Source of the DNA: Chrysomallon squamiferum | Taxonomy: Eukaryota > Animalia > Mollusca | Reading direction: 5' to 3' | NCBI GenBank assembly: GCA_012295275.1 | Contig: CM022672.1 | Location: 24,180,001 to 24,244,000 of the forward strand | Length of the DNA stretch: 64,000 bases | Shown here: piece after piece, positions 47,796 through 62,935 of the stretch | How the letters are laid out: each line of letters opens with the position of its first letter | How positions within the stretch are numbered: position 1 is the first letter of the stretch | Notes under the pieces: generated by a model | What the model was told of the DNA's origin: nothing | What the model saw: the letters and a program-made list of their open reading frames with translations, nothing else | Databases searched by the model: none | Made by a program: the position numbers and the translations under genes

Positions 47796-50700
47796 AACAC
47801 GGAATTAAATTGGTTGAGATATATTTTCAATAGTATTAACAGTAGAAAAGAGAGAAATGTTAAGTGAATTTCCAATCTTGATATCCTGTAAGGTTAAATT
47901 AATGAGACACGAAACGTAAAAACTGAAAAGAAAAGAAAATCTATCATTATTCAAACCTTTGACCTACCAAAAGTAAAATGAAAAGCAAAAACCTTAATTA
48001 TTAAAATATTTGATACGTTTCTAAACTAAAAACATTTCCATAAACCCATCCCAATATTACATAGCTTTATCAATTTACTAGTTTCAAGTTAATGATTATA
48101 TGAACACTATATAAAGAATGGGGTTATTCTGGTTGTGACATCTTACTGCAGTCATGGACAGGAGAATGTTTCACATTCAGGCACTTCATCAATTTCTGCA
48201 TGGATACGAGATTATTCAACCTCATTCGAGTTCATTCAAGGTCCAGGATGTTTACAGGCAAATTTCCTAAATTTATACATATAATACCGAAAACAAACTT
48301 TAATAATGTTACCATAAATGAAGGGGTTCGAGGTACTCTTTGCGATTCTGAAAAAGATGTCCTTATTAATCAGCAAACATTTTTGATATTGAATATTAAT
48401 GAAGTTTCAAAATGGAATCTTAAATGCCTTGACCATGCTTGCAGTCCATTTTTAAAAAGAATGTAGAATGAAAACATGTACTGGCCATTACTCTGTAGCA
48501 TTATCCCAGCTAACTCGATACATGATTAAATATTGTCAGAGTTTATGTTTAAGGAAAAAAACAAAAACTAAAAACTTGGATACAAGTATAATATTACAGT
48601 ATCTTGTAAAACATGCTGCTGCTGCGTGTATTATAATTAATTAACTATTTGAATGATTAAGATTCTGTTACCACGTGCAACGTGTACATGTTAAATTTTG
48701 AACTACCTAGAAAATGATATTTCAAACTCCTTGTCCTAAATGTAGTAGAAATTAAGCAATTGACCTGGTAACGTTTAGAACATTCAATAAAATTTCACTG
48801 GCAAACGAGACTGAACATATTATTTTTTTTTTTTTTTAAATACAGCAGGACAGTTTATTTCAAAAGCAATTACTTAAACACAAACTAGTGCTAAACAATA
48901 CTGATTTTGTTTCAATAAATTAGACTATTTGTAATTAGTGATGCATGCCAGGATAGTTAATCTACGATTATATCTCCAAGCATAACACCGATTAATTCAG
49001 TCACTGAAAAAAGAAACTGGGACCCAGCATAAAGAACTTGAAAAACACTGGACACGTTAGAAAGATGCAGGCAACAGAATGACACGTACATACTACTACG
49101 ATTATGCCTTTCTGATACATTCAACCTAGATCCATTGCATCCCACACACACTTTACTGATTATGAATGAAGACTCCAGCGGAAAAATATTCCCGGGATAA
49201 TGGTTTGAGTTGGCAGGTGAAAGAAGTGGTATATTTTCACTATTTCCTTTAGTATAAATGCACATCTGTACTAGGTTTTGACTGTCTTCAGTTATGACAC
49301 TGAGTGCACAAACGGGCATTCTGCAACTAAACTGAACTGAATCCGAAGTAAAGCGTTCGAACAGTGCCATGCTATTCAAAAAGCAATATCTCACTGAATG
49401 TTTTTAAGAATAATTATAATAATTATACGGCATTTACCATATCAGTAAATTAATTTAACTAACTGCATGTCAAAAGGTTTGCAGACACAGCTATTAGTTG
49501 AGACAATTAATAAAGTCATTGACATGTGACCAGTAATAATATAGTTAATCAATTAAACGGTCTACTTGTACAAAGCTTATACCTATTGTTTGTCTACAAA
49601 CAAAAGTAACTATAGGCAGGAAACTAAACAGAAAACATATATGCCAGTACCAAATGATTATTTATTCATATCCTTTGATAATGCAGTGCTAACAGACTTT
49701 ATTTATTCATCTACTCAGTCATTTAACCAGGATGAGATGTGATAATATAGTGTTCTTCACGCACGATTTATTGTAAGAAGTCGTTACAAACAGAATATAA
49801 AGATTTCAGTAAGTCACACACATTGCTGTCCGAATGTTAAAAATAGTGTTTACACAAACAATGTGAAAACAGGATGTTTCAAAGATTGCATGTGTACTTT
49901 AGACTTAGGACAAAAAGTCAACCGTCAGAATGTCAACTACTGATGTCAATTTTTGGATTGTATAGTTCTCAAAATATGAGCTGTCTTTGACCAGTCGATG
50001 ACATATCCAGTTATTTACAAACCTAAGGCCATAACCCCTATCCAGACCTGTGAATCAACTACATAACTATTTCAATTTCAGTATAAAGAGATGTGTGTAA
50101 TTGTCTTCAGTTTTGACTTAACATGCATTATATTTTAATGCGATGCAATATCTCACTTATAGCGTTGATTTTTAAAGCCTACCTCACTGAAGCAAAGGTC
50201 ATTTCATGCCTTGAATTTTGTTTTCATACGAAATTTTGCTTGTTTAATTTAAGATTAATTTAATTCCAAACTTTGCTAATATTCATATCTGTGATTTGGG
50301 TTAAACAATTAATCTTAATTTTTCATAAAGATGTATGGCTGTTTAATTACTCTGATATATACAAAAGCTATTCATTGTCGATGATATAATAAAAATTATA
50401 CAGATTACTATCACATTAAAAATTTTATAACAAATGAATTTGTCTGAATTTTTTTTTTACAAATGTCACAATCTCTGTTAGCCTCTGACTGTCACTTACC
50501 ATCTCAGAATACAAAACCTCTGTAAACGTATACTGCAACCGCAGTACTTTTAAATTATAAATTACAAAAACATCTAAACCTTTAAATAAAATGTGACAGA
50601 ACATCGATTGTCTCCGGTTAATTTAAAACACACCAACGACACAACTGTAACCGTAATATTCAGAACTAATAACAGACACTGTTTTTAATAAAAGCTAAAC

Positions 50701-52371
50701 GTAAAAATAAAAAATAAAAACACTGTTCAAAAAATATTGTAACCTGTAGTCTAAACCACTTTATTTTATACAAAGCAGATTTTATGCCCAACAAAAAGCA
50801 GATTAATTTTATCAACAGACATAGATGAAAGAAGATAACGACATACAAATGTTAATAAAATCAAACATACCTGTGTATGACTTGACAACCTTTTTAAACC
50901 AAATGCCACTGAAACGTACCACCGTCTTCATTGATTGACAAGTGGTTATCTCAAGAGAGACGACCAATTTGTGAATGGCATTTACCGGATTAAGAAAACA
51001 AAAATCACGTGATAGTATTTATGTTATGGAAGCGTTGCTTCAGCATTGCTTTCATATTAATCAATGAACTATCGGCAGAAAAGCTATACACTGAAAACAA
51101 CTGAGTTCATCCAAGCGCACGGTATAGAGACGTCCACTCCTAAACATACAAGCTAGCGTCTTCGTGCAGTGTAAACCAGTCCACAATGTGTACCACATGC
51201 ATGTATTGTCATATGAAGTTTATTATTGTACTGAACCAGAAAACTGATTACTACTGGGACGAGCGTAACTGTGTCTAATACAATAACATACTACGTAACG
51301 TAACGATCTGTCCTCTTTTCCACTCACATAAAACAAAACACACTCAGATACAAAATTTATTTCATTATTTTATTCCTCTTTACTTCAAGTGTCCTGAAAA
51401 GGTTTTCTTTTTTGTTACAATGATACCTTGTTATTTTTGTAACGAGGCAGATGACCCTTGTCCTTCCCCTGACACCAGACAAACAATCGCACGTTAACCG
51501 TGGAATATTCATCACTGCTAACTAATACGTGTAACCAATACGGCTCAAAACAAGTAAAACACGTCGGTCATATCAAGTCCATTAATATTGGGTTTCAACG
51601 TACCAACAGTCCATCACTTACGTGCGAAAGTAGTTGGAAATTACTTTTTAAATATTTTATTAATATAAAGCAATTTATAGTCAACTGTCAAATGTCTGTT
51701 CACTTTAGGTTAAAGATATTGGAAGTGTCTTGCAGCCACAGACTTGAGATGAAAAGTAACAATCATTTATTTTAACGATTCAGTGCATTTTACTATTCAC
51801 ACACACACACACACACCCACACACGAAAAAGACATGAAAAGTATTAACCCATAATAAATTAAATAGAGTCTAATACATGTTAAAACCTTTCATTTCCACA
51901 AATCAACCAATGAGAATGCGCCTTTAGAGTAAACAGCATAAGAAAAGTGATGGGGGAGGAGGAGAAAAAAAAAAAAAAGAAATACATTTTGTTTACGATA
52001 ACGATTTCAGCTAGTATAAATGGCGCCTTAGCGTGAGTTTTCGACCATCGTGTCCACTATCACGGAAAAAGTGAAACCTCACAACAGTTTTTGGTGAAAT
52101 CACCGCCAAGAGCGATATGGCAATGAACTAATGCAATCTGAACACTGATCAGTGGTGGTGTGAGCAGCTTTGTTGTTATAAACGTCCAACCAAAGAAATG
52201 CCAGGTAGCTGATTTCTATCATGAACCATGTGGAGATATCTCGCTCCAAATTACAGCTTAACATTAAAAATATATTTAACAAATACCAAGTATTTTCTTG
52301 TTCATCTTTCAGTTTTGGGGGGTTGCTGATGAATCCAAGAGAGGGTTTTGTTAACCAGCTTTGTAACACAA

Positions 52372-52412
<41 letters not shown>

Positions 52413-52847
52413 ATAAATAAACGGTTTTTAATTTTAATTTTTACACTGTATCAAAAAATACAAAAGTTATGTTACATACTAATTCGTCATCTTTCTAATT
52501 GGTGACATTCGTTTTTATGTGATTATTCAGTCAGCACAGGCAGAAATACGCTTTCGTTATTATGAAACAAAAATAACTGTTCTCTTGTCCGAATGTGATT
52601 ACTGAACCAGTTAATAGGTTATATCAAGAACATGGGAATTTCTTAAAATTATTTTTTATTACGAGATAATGAAATAATTGTGGTAAAATAGGAAATATAC
52701 GCAGTATGATAAATGACTGTTTAACATGAACTCGACATTTTAAAAATAAGTTTTTATATAATGATGATAATTTATGTGAGGAAATTAGATACTATAAAGG
52801 ACTGTATGTCACAGGATAATAATTTTATTTATATCCAAATATTTATT

Positions 52848-52880
<33 letters not shown>

Positions 52881-52884
52881 TAAA

Positions 52885-53360
52885 CTTTTTTTCAATTAAA
52901 AATGGTACATATTTTTAAAGAGCAGTCGAATATTTAACGATTTTGTATTTAAAAGTAAGACTGTAAGATTTTAATCATATTCTATTTACCACACCCATTC
53001 CAAAGTTATCAGTTGAATCGCCGTTAGGTAAACCTGCTTTGCAAGTATTTCTGGTTGCGTTATTTAAAAAAAATAAAAAAAAATAAAATAAAAGTCGTCC
53101 AAAATGCATTTTGAAAGAATCCATTCCTATATCCTGAAATAGCTTTAAATAATGATGAAAAAAAACAACAAAAAACCCCCACTAACATTACGGTCAGATT
53201 AATTTGTTGGAAGGTAAAGATTATTTCCATTTACTAATACATTCTGTTTTATAAAAATGCTTTTTTAAGAATTTTTTAATTGAATATTTTAAGGTAAGCA
53301 GGGGCGATAAATAGCTAAAATCTGAATAGGATGTCTGCTTTTCTAGTTCTTCAGAACTAC
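52885..53360. repeat. Direct repeat copy 2 (~475 bp; copy 1 at 45721-46322)
   Basis: See copy 1; this copy lacks roughly 125 bp present in copy 1. Confidence 0.92.
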
Positions 53361-53863
53361 GCCTAATTTCTTTAACAACCAAGAAAACAAAAAAACGTAA
53401 TTCGTGCCGAGGCTACAGTAAATTTCTTTTTAAACTTCCTCATCACTTAGTTAATCTGATCGAGTCTGCAGACAACTAAACAATTTTCTTAGGTTCCGTT
53501 CAACATACATTCTTTTCCTTTCTTAAAATATAAATAAAGAGAAAAACATATAAATAAATCCCTTTACAAAAATCTTCCTATCTTGGTTACATCGTTCTAC
53601 CTGTTTGTTCAGGCAATGAGAAAGCATGGTAATAGAGAAGACATACCTGACGTTACTGCGGTATAAAAAAAAACTGTACGCGTTGCAGGTTTCCGCTATT
53701 TTTAGCCCGTCATTTACCTCGCATTCTGGGAAATCTGCTCGCTCGTGCCAGTTTGACTCGCACGACATCTGAAGTGTGCTCGCACTTGGCGCCAACTTTA
53801 TGACGGAAATACCGTGACAAAAGTCTTAACACGCATGGTTAGAACGCGCCAATAAACGGTAGT

Positions 53864-53894
<31 letters not shown>

Positions 53895-56641
53895 CTACGT
53901 GTGTTTTTTATCATTTTTTTTTTTTTTTTTTTTTTTTTTTTGCCAGAAGTATGCTGTATAGAGAAAAACCGTAATGAAAATTATGAGAAATGATGGCTTG
54001 TGTTCCAAAATAATATTTGTTAATGAATCTGAAAATATAAAGTTTCACATAATATTAGTATTCGCTGGATGCTTAGATGATTTGCTTACAAAACATGTTT
54101 AAGTCAACCTAATCTTGATATTTGGGTTGGTGTAAACAAAAGAGAAAAAACATTATATATATATATATATATCTGAGAAACTATTACTGCTATGGAACTA
54201 TGCTAGTAAGGGCATTGAGAACTCGTTATTAGCGAAAACTACGATTTAGTCAGGTACCTATGTAAGGTAATTTATATAATTTTTTTTATACAGGCTACTA
54301 AAAAGAAGACAAATTAACGTCCTACTTCAGCAGGCGCAGTACGGCGGACAAATTGGTCAACAGCTGGACCACTGGCCAGCCTTGTCCTAAAGAGCACTTT
54401 TACATTGTATACAAATGTATTATAAATTATAAAGAGATTAAGTTCGAAGTATTTATATGTATTATTGTGTATTTGTCATCCAGTAGAATACGTATATCTA
54501 TACGTTTCTTGAATTATATTCAATAAGCGATTTTTGTTTTATAGTTTTGAACTTATAATTTTGTCTAGTTGTAAGAAAGAAATACAAATTAAATAAGAAT
54601 AAATTGAAAGAAATGAGTTATATATTTGATGTGTGTGTTGAGAAGTCGAGGAAGAAAGACAAAAACTAACAATATCAAGAAGAGACAAATAAGGAAAATT
54701 AACAAGAAATCTAGGTATGTAGGGCAAGGTTTAGACGTATATACCTTAGTCTAGACTTTTAACCATTCACAAAGACACATACATGTGATCATCTCCGGCA
54801 TTATGCAGTTAATTGATTAGTTTCCTCGAGCTGAAGAGATTATAGATTCATTTCAGTTCGTTATTTCCGATACTGATCAACTGAAAGGTTTATTTTGAGC
54901 AAGAGATCTCAGTTGTTGATGGAGTCGATTGATTTGTTCCTGACGACGGCTTGTTATTCAAAGGTATTCTTGGTGTTTGGATTCGTCTGCAACTTGAACA
55001 ATTGGCACAATGTTATTGTCGCAAATCCATGCTTATTACATTACCAGATGACAGTCAAAAGACTGATTTTGTGGCGAGACATCAGAAAGTGACCAAATTT
55101 AACTGCAAGCGAAACCATTTATATCTGCAGCAAGAATACTAAAAAAGAACATTAAAATGGGAAATAAGGAGTGACAGATAAAATGACAGACACAGAGAGA
55201 AAGAGAGATCTTTAAAATATATATTAATACTTTTAAGTAGAATCACCCTATAACATTGCTTAAAAGGTTGAAGACATTCAAATTCTGTTCAATGATAATC
55301 AGTAAGATTTTGAATAACAAGATACAGATGCAACTACTTACCCTTCTAAATATTTTTCGAAATTTATTATTTCTTTTTCTCTTTCTCTCTCCATATGTGT
55401 TTGTGTGTGTGTGTGTGTGTGTTTGCGTGTGTTTGAGAGTGTGTACGACTATCACTAAAGAGAGCCATCTTTAGTTTAGTGGAATTATTAGTCGTTCCAA
55501 ACAATGCCACCAGACAATATAATCCTTATATAGCGTTTTAATTATATTGTTAATTCTTTTAATTTAAACAGTTATTAATTTTTTCTTTCATTTTCAGTAA
55601 CTTTGATATATTCCCATACAATAAACAGACAAGAAGTAAAAAAGCAATAAGCCTCAAAAGAACGCGACGTTTATACTGTAATAAAGGCCAAATGCACATG
55701 TCTTACAATTTATTCTGTAAGCCAATCTAAGAAACGTTGGCAATTTGTTGGCATTTTTTCAATACACCTCATTTTGATGTGCTGAGATACACGTTTGGAA
55801 TTTTGATATCACACGCAAGTCATTGACTGTACAGATTTTTGGAGATTAGTTAGAAAACAAACAATCAAAAAGGAATATAATATGTCTGTGTGTGTATGTG
55901 AATATGTATGTATGTACACATACATGTAATTATATATAATAAGCATTTTCTTTGTAATTACATAGTAACAATGTTATATAACAGATTTCAAGACTTTTAA
56001 AACAGTATAATTAAGATAAGAAATTCTGATATTACAGTAATTATATATTCTTATGTACCTATCAACAGTCACTGAAATATTATGTTACATATCTCCAACA
56101 GGCAGCAGTATCTGTCAGTGTTTGTCAGTTGTATATAAAAGCCCAGAATCGATCCTGCTACCAGTGGGGTCTTGAACATGATATTCTATAATTTGCACCC
56201 TTGTTTACGTAGTAATGTTTTCACAGCTTTAATACCTGACAGCCAACATGTTAGAGAGGCTCGAAGATTCATTAAAGATACATTAATTTTAATATATAAC
56301 TGCCCGGGCATTCAGATACTCAGATCTGCCAGACATGAATATAATCTGCCAATTTACTAACAAAGAACCACATGCGAGATAAATATCTTATTTGTTTCAT
56401 GTCTGTTCAGAACATGCCATAACGTTAAAGGTGCATTTTCATGCTGCGATTTGACGTAACGCTTTCCGATTAACACGGCACGAAAGGGCACGAATCTTAA
56501 TACTTCATAATTATGACCGTGGTGAGAGGAAACACAATAATTATATATACTAATTGTGCTGTTGTGCCGTATGCTGTTAGTTAGCGGTATGATTTATTTC
56601 TAAATAAACAAATTGCATTTTAATGACATTATCTACAAATA

Positions 56642-57405
56642 CAGTGGTACCTTGACTTATAAGTTTAATTCGTTCCGTGACCGAGCTCGTATCTCAGTCT
56701 CCTCGTACATCAAATCAATTTTCTCAACTGAAATTAAATGAGATACCATTAATCCGTTCCAGACCCCAAAACCCATCCCATTTCTTTTTTTTTTTTTTTC
56801 TTTCTTTTTGGTAACTTTTTTTAAATAAGAAAAATGTATTTATAAATGACAAATACTGTATAAAAACAAAAGTAACGAAAATGTAAAGAAATAAATTGGT
56901 TTTGTAAAGTGTTTTTATCTTGGAGATCAGACAAATTATTTTAACGCCTTTGGCTGGAGTTGAGCTTCACTGTGGTACATATTGTAGAAGTATTACTATC
57001 GTACTTCCTATCCAAGTCGACTAAAGCACACCTCGCTCATGTTTTTCTATGAATTCAAGCTTTAATTCAATGGACATCATCCGCTTCTTCTTCTCTGCAC
57101 TGTCCTTTGCACTCACTTTCTTGGGATCAACGGCCAGATAAAAGAAATTTGGCAAAATACTGCACAAAACGCGAGCACAACATAACAGAGATGCATCCGC
57201 GGTGAGGTAACCAGGTGAAGTAAACGAGTGAGTCGCAGGATGCTGGACGGATGTTATGTTGATCGTTGCGCCAACTAGCGGCAGCGTATCTGAAGCTCGC
57301 TCGTAACTCGAATTGTGGCTAAAACCCAAAGCAAAAATTGACAGGGCGACTGCTCTTAACTCGAAAAACTGTAAGTTGGGACACTCGTAAGCCGATGTAC
57401 CACTG
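56642..57405 (-). mobile_element. Internally deleted Tigger/pogo-type DNA transposon, 764 bp, retaining a decayed transposase N-terminus
   Basis: TA|CAGTGGTACCTTGACTTA...TAAGCCGATGTACCACTG|CA ends. Minus strand 57131-56935 reads DPKKVSAKDSAEKKKRMMSIELKLEFIEKHERGV, then after a frameshift VDLDRKYDSNTSTICT, and after another TPAKGVKII: a CENP-B/psq-type HTH as in Tigger transposases. Confidence 0.9.
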
Positions 57406-58382
57406 CATTACTTTATTTTATATATCAGTTATTAGTATCATTATAGTTCTTGTTTACTTAAAAGGCTGAAATACCATCGTTACCATCATATTATACTAAT
57501 ATAACTTATTTGTTTTTGGTTTAATGTATTTCATATATTAAATCCTTTTTTAATATCAAATTCTTTTGCAAGATTCCTAACAAGCTGAAAATCTAAGATT
57601 ACAGATTCAGGTGACGACAAACAACGTAATTCGTGATTTCTGTTTGCAGCTTAAGGCAAATGCGACTTGATCTTTCAGATATCGTGGGACAGAAGTTAAT
57701 TGGTCACTCTCGCTCGATCTTCGTTATAATCGATGAATGAATCATGCATAAATATGATATTGATTAATGTCATATACTAATATATCTCTAAAAACAGTTT
57801 GAAAATACTGTTAAATTACTAATAAATATTGTACGAAGTTAGAATGCGTTATCATTTTCAAGTAGAAAAAAAAATCGGGATAGTGATGGCGGTAACAACT
57901 ACAAATAAAAAATATAAAGATTATACCAACATCCTGGATTAAGCATTTATTTCTTTTTTTAACTTTTGTTTACTTGTTTTTATCTTGAAAAATCTGTTTT
58001 ACTCGTACATTCGTTCTTTTTCCCCCTATCAATCAGGCTCCTCGTTATTTATTCTAAACCTTTTTGTTCTAACAAAATAGAATAAACGTGAAATCGTTCT
58101 GAAATTGTTCTTGAGATTTCTCGAGATATAGCTCTGAAAACACTGCTACTGCTGCATAACTCATTAGTTTGTGTAACTAGACATTTTCTTTCAAGTTGTA
58201 CTGCAGCGTGTGTGAAAAAACCAACAACAATCTCATGTATTTCGGTTCTACACATTAAATGTAACCATAGTTTGTCAGCCGCGCTAAAAAAAAAGAATTC
58301 CATGGTTACGCTATGATAATTAAGGCGCCATTAGAAACCCCGCTTTTTTTTGTTTTAACGAAACTAACTGTAGCCTACTTTA

Positions 58383-58425
<43 letters not shown>

Positions 58426-60758
58426 TGCATGTATGTATTTTAAGAAAATTCGTAAAAGATAAATACTGATAAATAGATGCAAATGACTGAAACCAGTTTA
58501 TAGTCTGTATTCATATGTATCTGTGTATGTAAGTATTATCTTATTATTATTTCTTTTATGTTCGTTGTGGTAACTGAAAAATCGATGTACTAAGACATTT
58601 TACCACTGAAAACTGACCAAATGATGACACTTTGTCGAAATCAATATAGCAGATTTGTCTTAGCAAAGTGCAATTCCGTATAAACATCACATTTTAATGT
58701 CTTTTGTAAATGCTATTCGTCGCATTTCAAGACGAAATACAAGCCCACCGATAAATATAATTCATATCCGATCGAAATCGTACAAATATTCTCCATCGAT
58801 TATACAACCACCTTTTCAAACAAAGCGATCTTTACAAACAAATAAGAGGAAGCAACCAGTTTGTCAATAGATAATAAATTTTTTAAAGAATTATAATATT
58901 GATATCAATGACAAGAAATAAGAGAGAAACTTTTTTAAAATTTAAAATTAACATCAACTGTGCTATTATATTCAAAACATTTTAGCGTTTTGCTTGTTGT
59001 TAGTTCTGATTTTTCTTTTAACGGCTAGTTTAAGTCATAGCCAAAGATGCATTTTCTATAATCATTTTCATCACTGCATATTAACATCCTAAAATCCAAT
59101 AAAAGAACACTCATTTGCACAGAGGTTGTTATGCCATATTAACTGAGACACATTAATGTAAGAGTGTATACATGATATTGAGATATATGTATTAGTAATA
59201 GCGCCAAAAGCTGCCGGGAATAGTGCTTTTCATTAGTCTTCTAATCTGGCTGATGAAAGATACCTCTTTCTCCCACAGAACGACTAATTCGATTATTGTC
59301 AAATAAACTCAACCAGGACATTCAGGACAGCACTGTCTTCTGCTCTTCCCTGATATTTATGGTAATAAAGAATTTACATAGCTAATTCACAAGACATTTG
59401 TTGTGTGCATAACAGTAACATGAAGAGAAAAAGAAAAAACAGTGATGTCACCATTATTGACTAACAACATAAAAAGTTTGTACCCTTTCCTTGTAGATAA
59501 AACTAAAAGGCCTAAATGGCGGGAATGGGAAATAGCCAGTGAGTACGGGGAAGAGGATTAATCGATCCTGTGACCGATAACAGTTCAGCTAGAGCCTGGG
59601 TGTTATGAAGAAATGTTCAGATTTCATAATAGTTCATTCTTAAAACAATACTTTCCTAATGCATAGTCCTTTATTTTTTCATTCTTGAAGGTTAGCGATA
59701 AGAAAAATACTATTTTCCAAATGAATATCATTTTTGTCAGTATTACTGATGCACAAACATATACTGAGAAACAAATACATTTTGTAGCATAAATTAGTCA
59801 GTAGAACAATGTATTATAAAAACCATACATTTCCAGAAGACAGGATCTTTAAAAAGTAACGCTTACACAAACATCTTCTTCTTCTTCTTCTTCTTATCAT
59901 CATTATTATCATTAATAGTAGTAGTAGTATTTAAATTAATTTGAGTTCATTGTGAATACTAATCAATGTTTGTAGTTTTCAGATAAATGTTTGGAAAAGT
60001 ATTTGTTTTAAATTATCTTGATACATTTTCTTTTCTTATAGTTCACTGAAGATGCTAATCAATGCAGATGAAAGACAAATATGAACATTTCACAGATTTC
60101 ACTGAAACTATGGACCATCTTGTTTTATTAATTGCAATATTTTAAATGTTTAGCACTGGAAATGCTCACATAAAAGTATAACTTTTAGTCCAACTCCATA
60201 AAATTATTTATGGAAAATCTCTTTTAACTTTCTGAAGGGAAAGTTTATGACTTTTAAACTATAATTTATTACTTTGCAGCTATATCTGCCAGATCGTAGT
60301 TTTCGAGTTTTTATTTCATTGATGCAAAATCAATCTGGTTTCTCTCTGAACTTTATTATTTAACAGTTGGACGTGAAGACACCGATAATGTCAGTATCAA
60401 TCAAGATTATATAGCACGTAAAATCTTTCATTGATATAAAAAAGCAAAAGATAATTTATACGAATAAATTAATATTTAAAACACTTTAACTATATAACTA
60501 TGGACGTTCCCATAGACAGAAAATACATAAGTCGGCAACCAGAAAACAGAAATAAAACAACAACAACAATAAGAATAACAATAACGTCAAAAAAAAAAAA
60601 AAAACAAGTACATTATTATCGAACATTTGGATGTTACGTATAACAGCTGTGGTGTTCGCATCGCTGTATTTTCAATATTCAGTCTATTCTAAATAAATCC
60701 ACTGAAAGATCGAATTACAAAGACAGAATAAGCATATACTTTTCTTTCCGGAGCTGAA

Positions 60759-60811
<53 letters not shown>

Positions 60812-61586
60812 GTTAATTAGTTAGTGAGCTAGTTAACAGTAATGCTGATTTTAGAATTTGTAGTTATTTCTGCTTCATAACTTTGTGTTGTTAGTATGCT
60901 TTAAGTGGAAAGATATAACACACTATACGCACGTTTTCAATAGTAATACCTGACTAAGGTATTTAATATTTTTAAATTTATTTACACATTAATCTTTTCT
61001 TCTCACATAACGTTTATCCAAAACACATGCTGAAATACATTAAAGCATTGTCAGAACTAAAGCTGTTCTTTGAGCATGAAGAATAAAGCCTTATATGTGC
61101 GACGTGGCCTTTATTTAAAGTCACACCCTTGTTAGCAAAAGATATTGTATTTCTTAGCAGATGTACAGCATGTTTGAAACAAGCTCCGCGGGAAACATTT
61201 TATATATATATATGTATGTATGCATGTCTCTCTTAAGTTTTATGTATTTGTTACGGGTGTACAAGTTTAATTTTTTCAAACGAATACCTAATGAAATTTC
61301 AACACATTTTGTCAAAAGTATTATCCCTGGCAGTATAATACTGTTTGTTTGTTTGTTTGTTTTTCCCATACAGCGAGGAAGACCGCTGCGTCCACTCTAT
61401 GGTCTTCTCTCGACGTATAGCAGCATCTTTGCATAAACAGGAAAGTAAACAATATATTTAAAATATTTAATAAGCCATAAGTACTGGTTGGAACAAGAAA
61501 TAGCATAAAGATTAGGAAAATTAGTAAAATGATTACAGATTTGAACTTGCGACCTAAGGTCTACCCCTTAGTTACCGAGTGGCACC

Positions 61587-61737
61587 CATACATACATACA
61601 TACAGACATACAGGCAGACAAACAGACAGACAGACAGACATACAGACAGGCAGACAGACAGACAGACAGACAGATAGATAGACAGACAGACAGATAGATA
61701 GATAGACAGACAGACAGATAGATAGATACATAGATAC
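61587..61737. repeat. Compound tetranucleotide microsatellite (CATA)n(CAGA)n(TAGA)n
   Basis: Read directly. Confidence 0.95.
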
Positions 61738-62901
61738 AAACACATATACATAAAATAAATATAAAAATAAAAATAAAATGAAATCCTATTTTACTTTTGA
61801 GGGGACCTGAATTTATCATTGGAGCATGTATATATATATATATATAAAATTTGGTTGTTGACCGTCGTTGAATCTGAATTTTTGTATTTAACGAAAAACA
61901 AGGAAGTGTATCAATAGTAAACAAATAAGAACAGCTTCTTTTAGTGGTCACTGATTAAATCCATTCAATCAGATTGCTTGTGTTCGCTCATAAACACTGT
62001 TGTTTGATTGTGCATAGATAGACGAGAGGTTAGTGCCCGAAAAGGAAACGAGACTAGATAAACGATCGTTGTTAGTGCCCTCGGCTGTTTGGGTTTTTTG
62101 TGTGTGAATTCAAGGCAACAGTTATTTCTTTTCAGAAATATATAATCATTTGAAAAACAAGCAAACAATGAAAATCATGGCAAACGAGTAGATGTTTTAA
62201 CTTTTATTTATTTATTTACTCCTATTTATTGTGTTGTTGATGTTGTTAGTATTACAAAAACCTTACTAATATGACATATATAATAAAGAAGGTTTTTGGA
62301 ATGACAAAAAAAAAAAAAAATACAAAAAAAAAGAAGAAAAGAAGTGGAAAAATGTACACAGACGTAATCGAGTCTAAAAGGTATAAAGCAATATAGACAT
62401 AATGTGAATTAGAATTAACATGTGAATTAATATTCTTATGTATATGATATTTATAGATGTTTATTTATAGCACCTAGATGATTTAAAGAAATGATGTTAT
62501 TTATGTTGGTGATAAATGTGATGGTGACGAAGATTATTATGATATTAACAACGATAACGGTTGCGAATAGTATTCTGTTTGAACAAAGTTCAGTACTTAC
62601 ACTTCAGTTCCAATCAGATATAAATACATTCAAGGATTTACAAGTGGGCCAAGGTCTTCGGTCAGCGAGAGAAGAATACATGTAGTTCTCTTTGTTCAGG
62701 GACGAATCCAGTGACTCATTCCAGGCTAAATAAAATAGAAAACATATATAACAGAAAACAAAATAAATTAAATAAATTATAAAAGAGGGTTTCCTTTAAA
62801 TTCATTTAAAAATAAAACACAAATATAATACCAATACACACTGACGAATCCAGGATTTAAAAGAGAGAAATCTAAATCATAAAAAGTTTTAAAAACAAAA
62901 G

Positions 62902-62935
<34 letters not shown>

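Noticed and set aside
61539-61590. B-box-like GGTCGCAAGTTCAAATC on the minus strand suggesting a tRNA or SINE head
   Set aside because: No cloverleaf and no convincing A box; too short to call.
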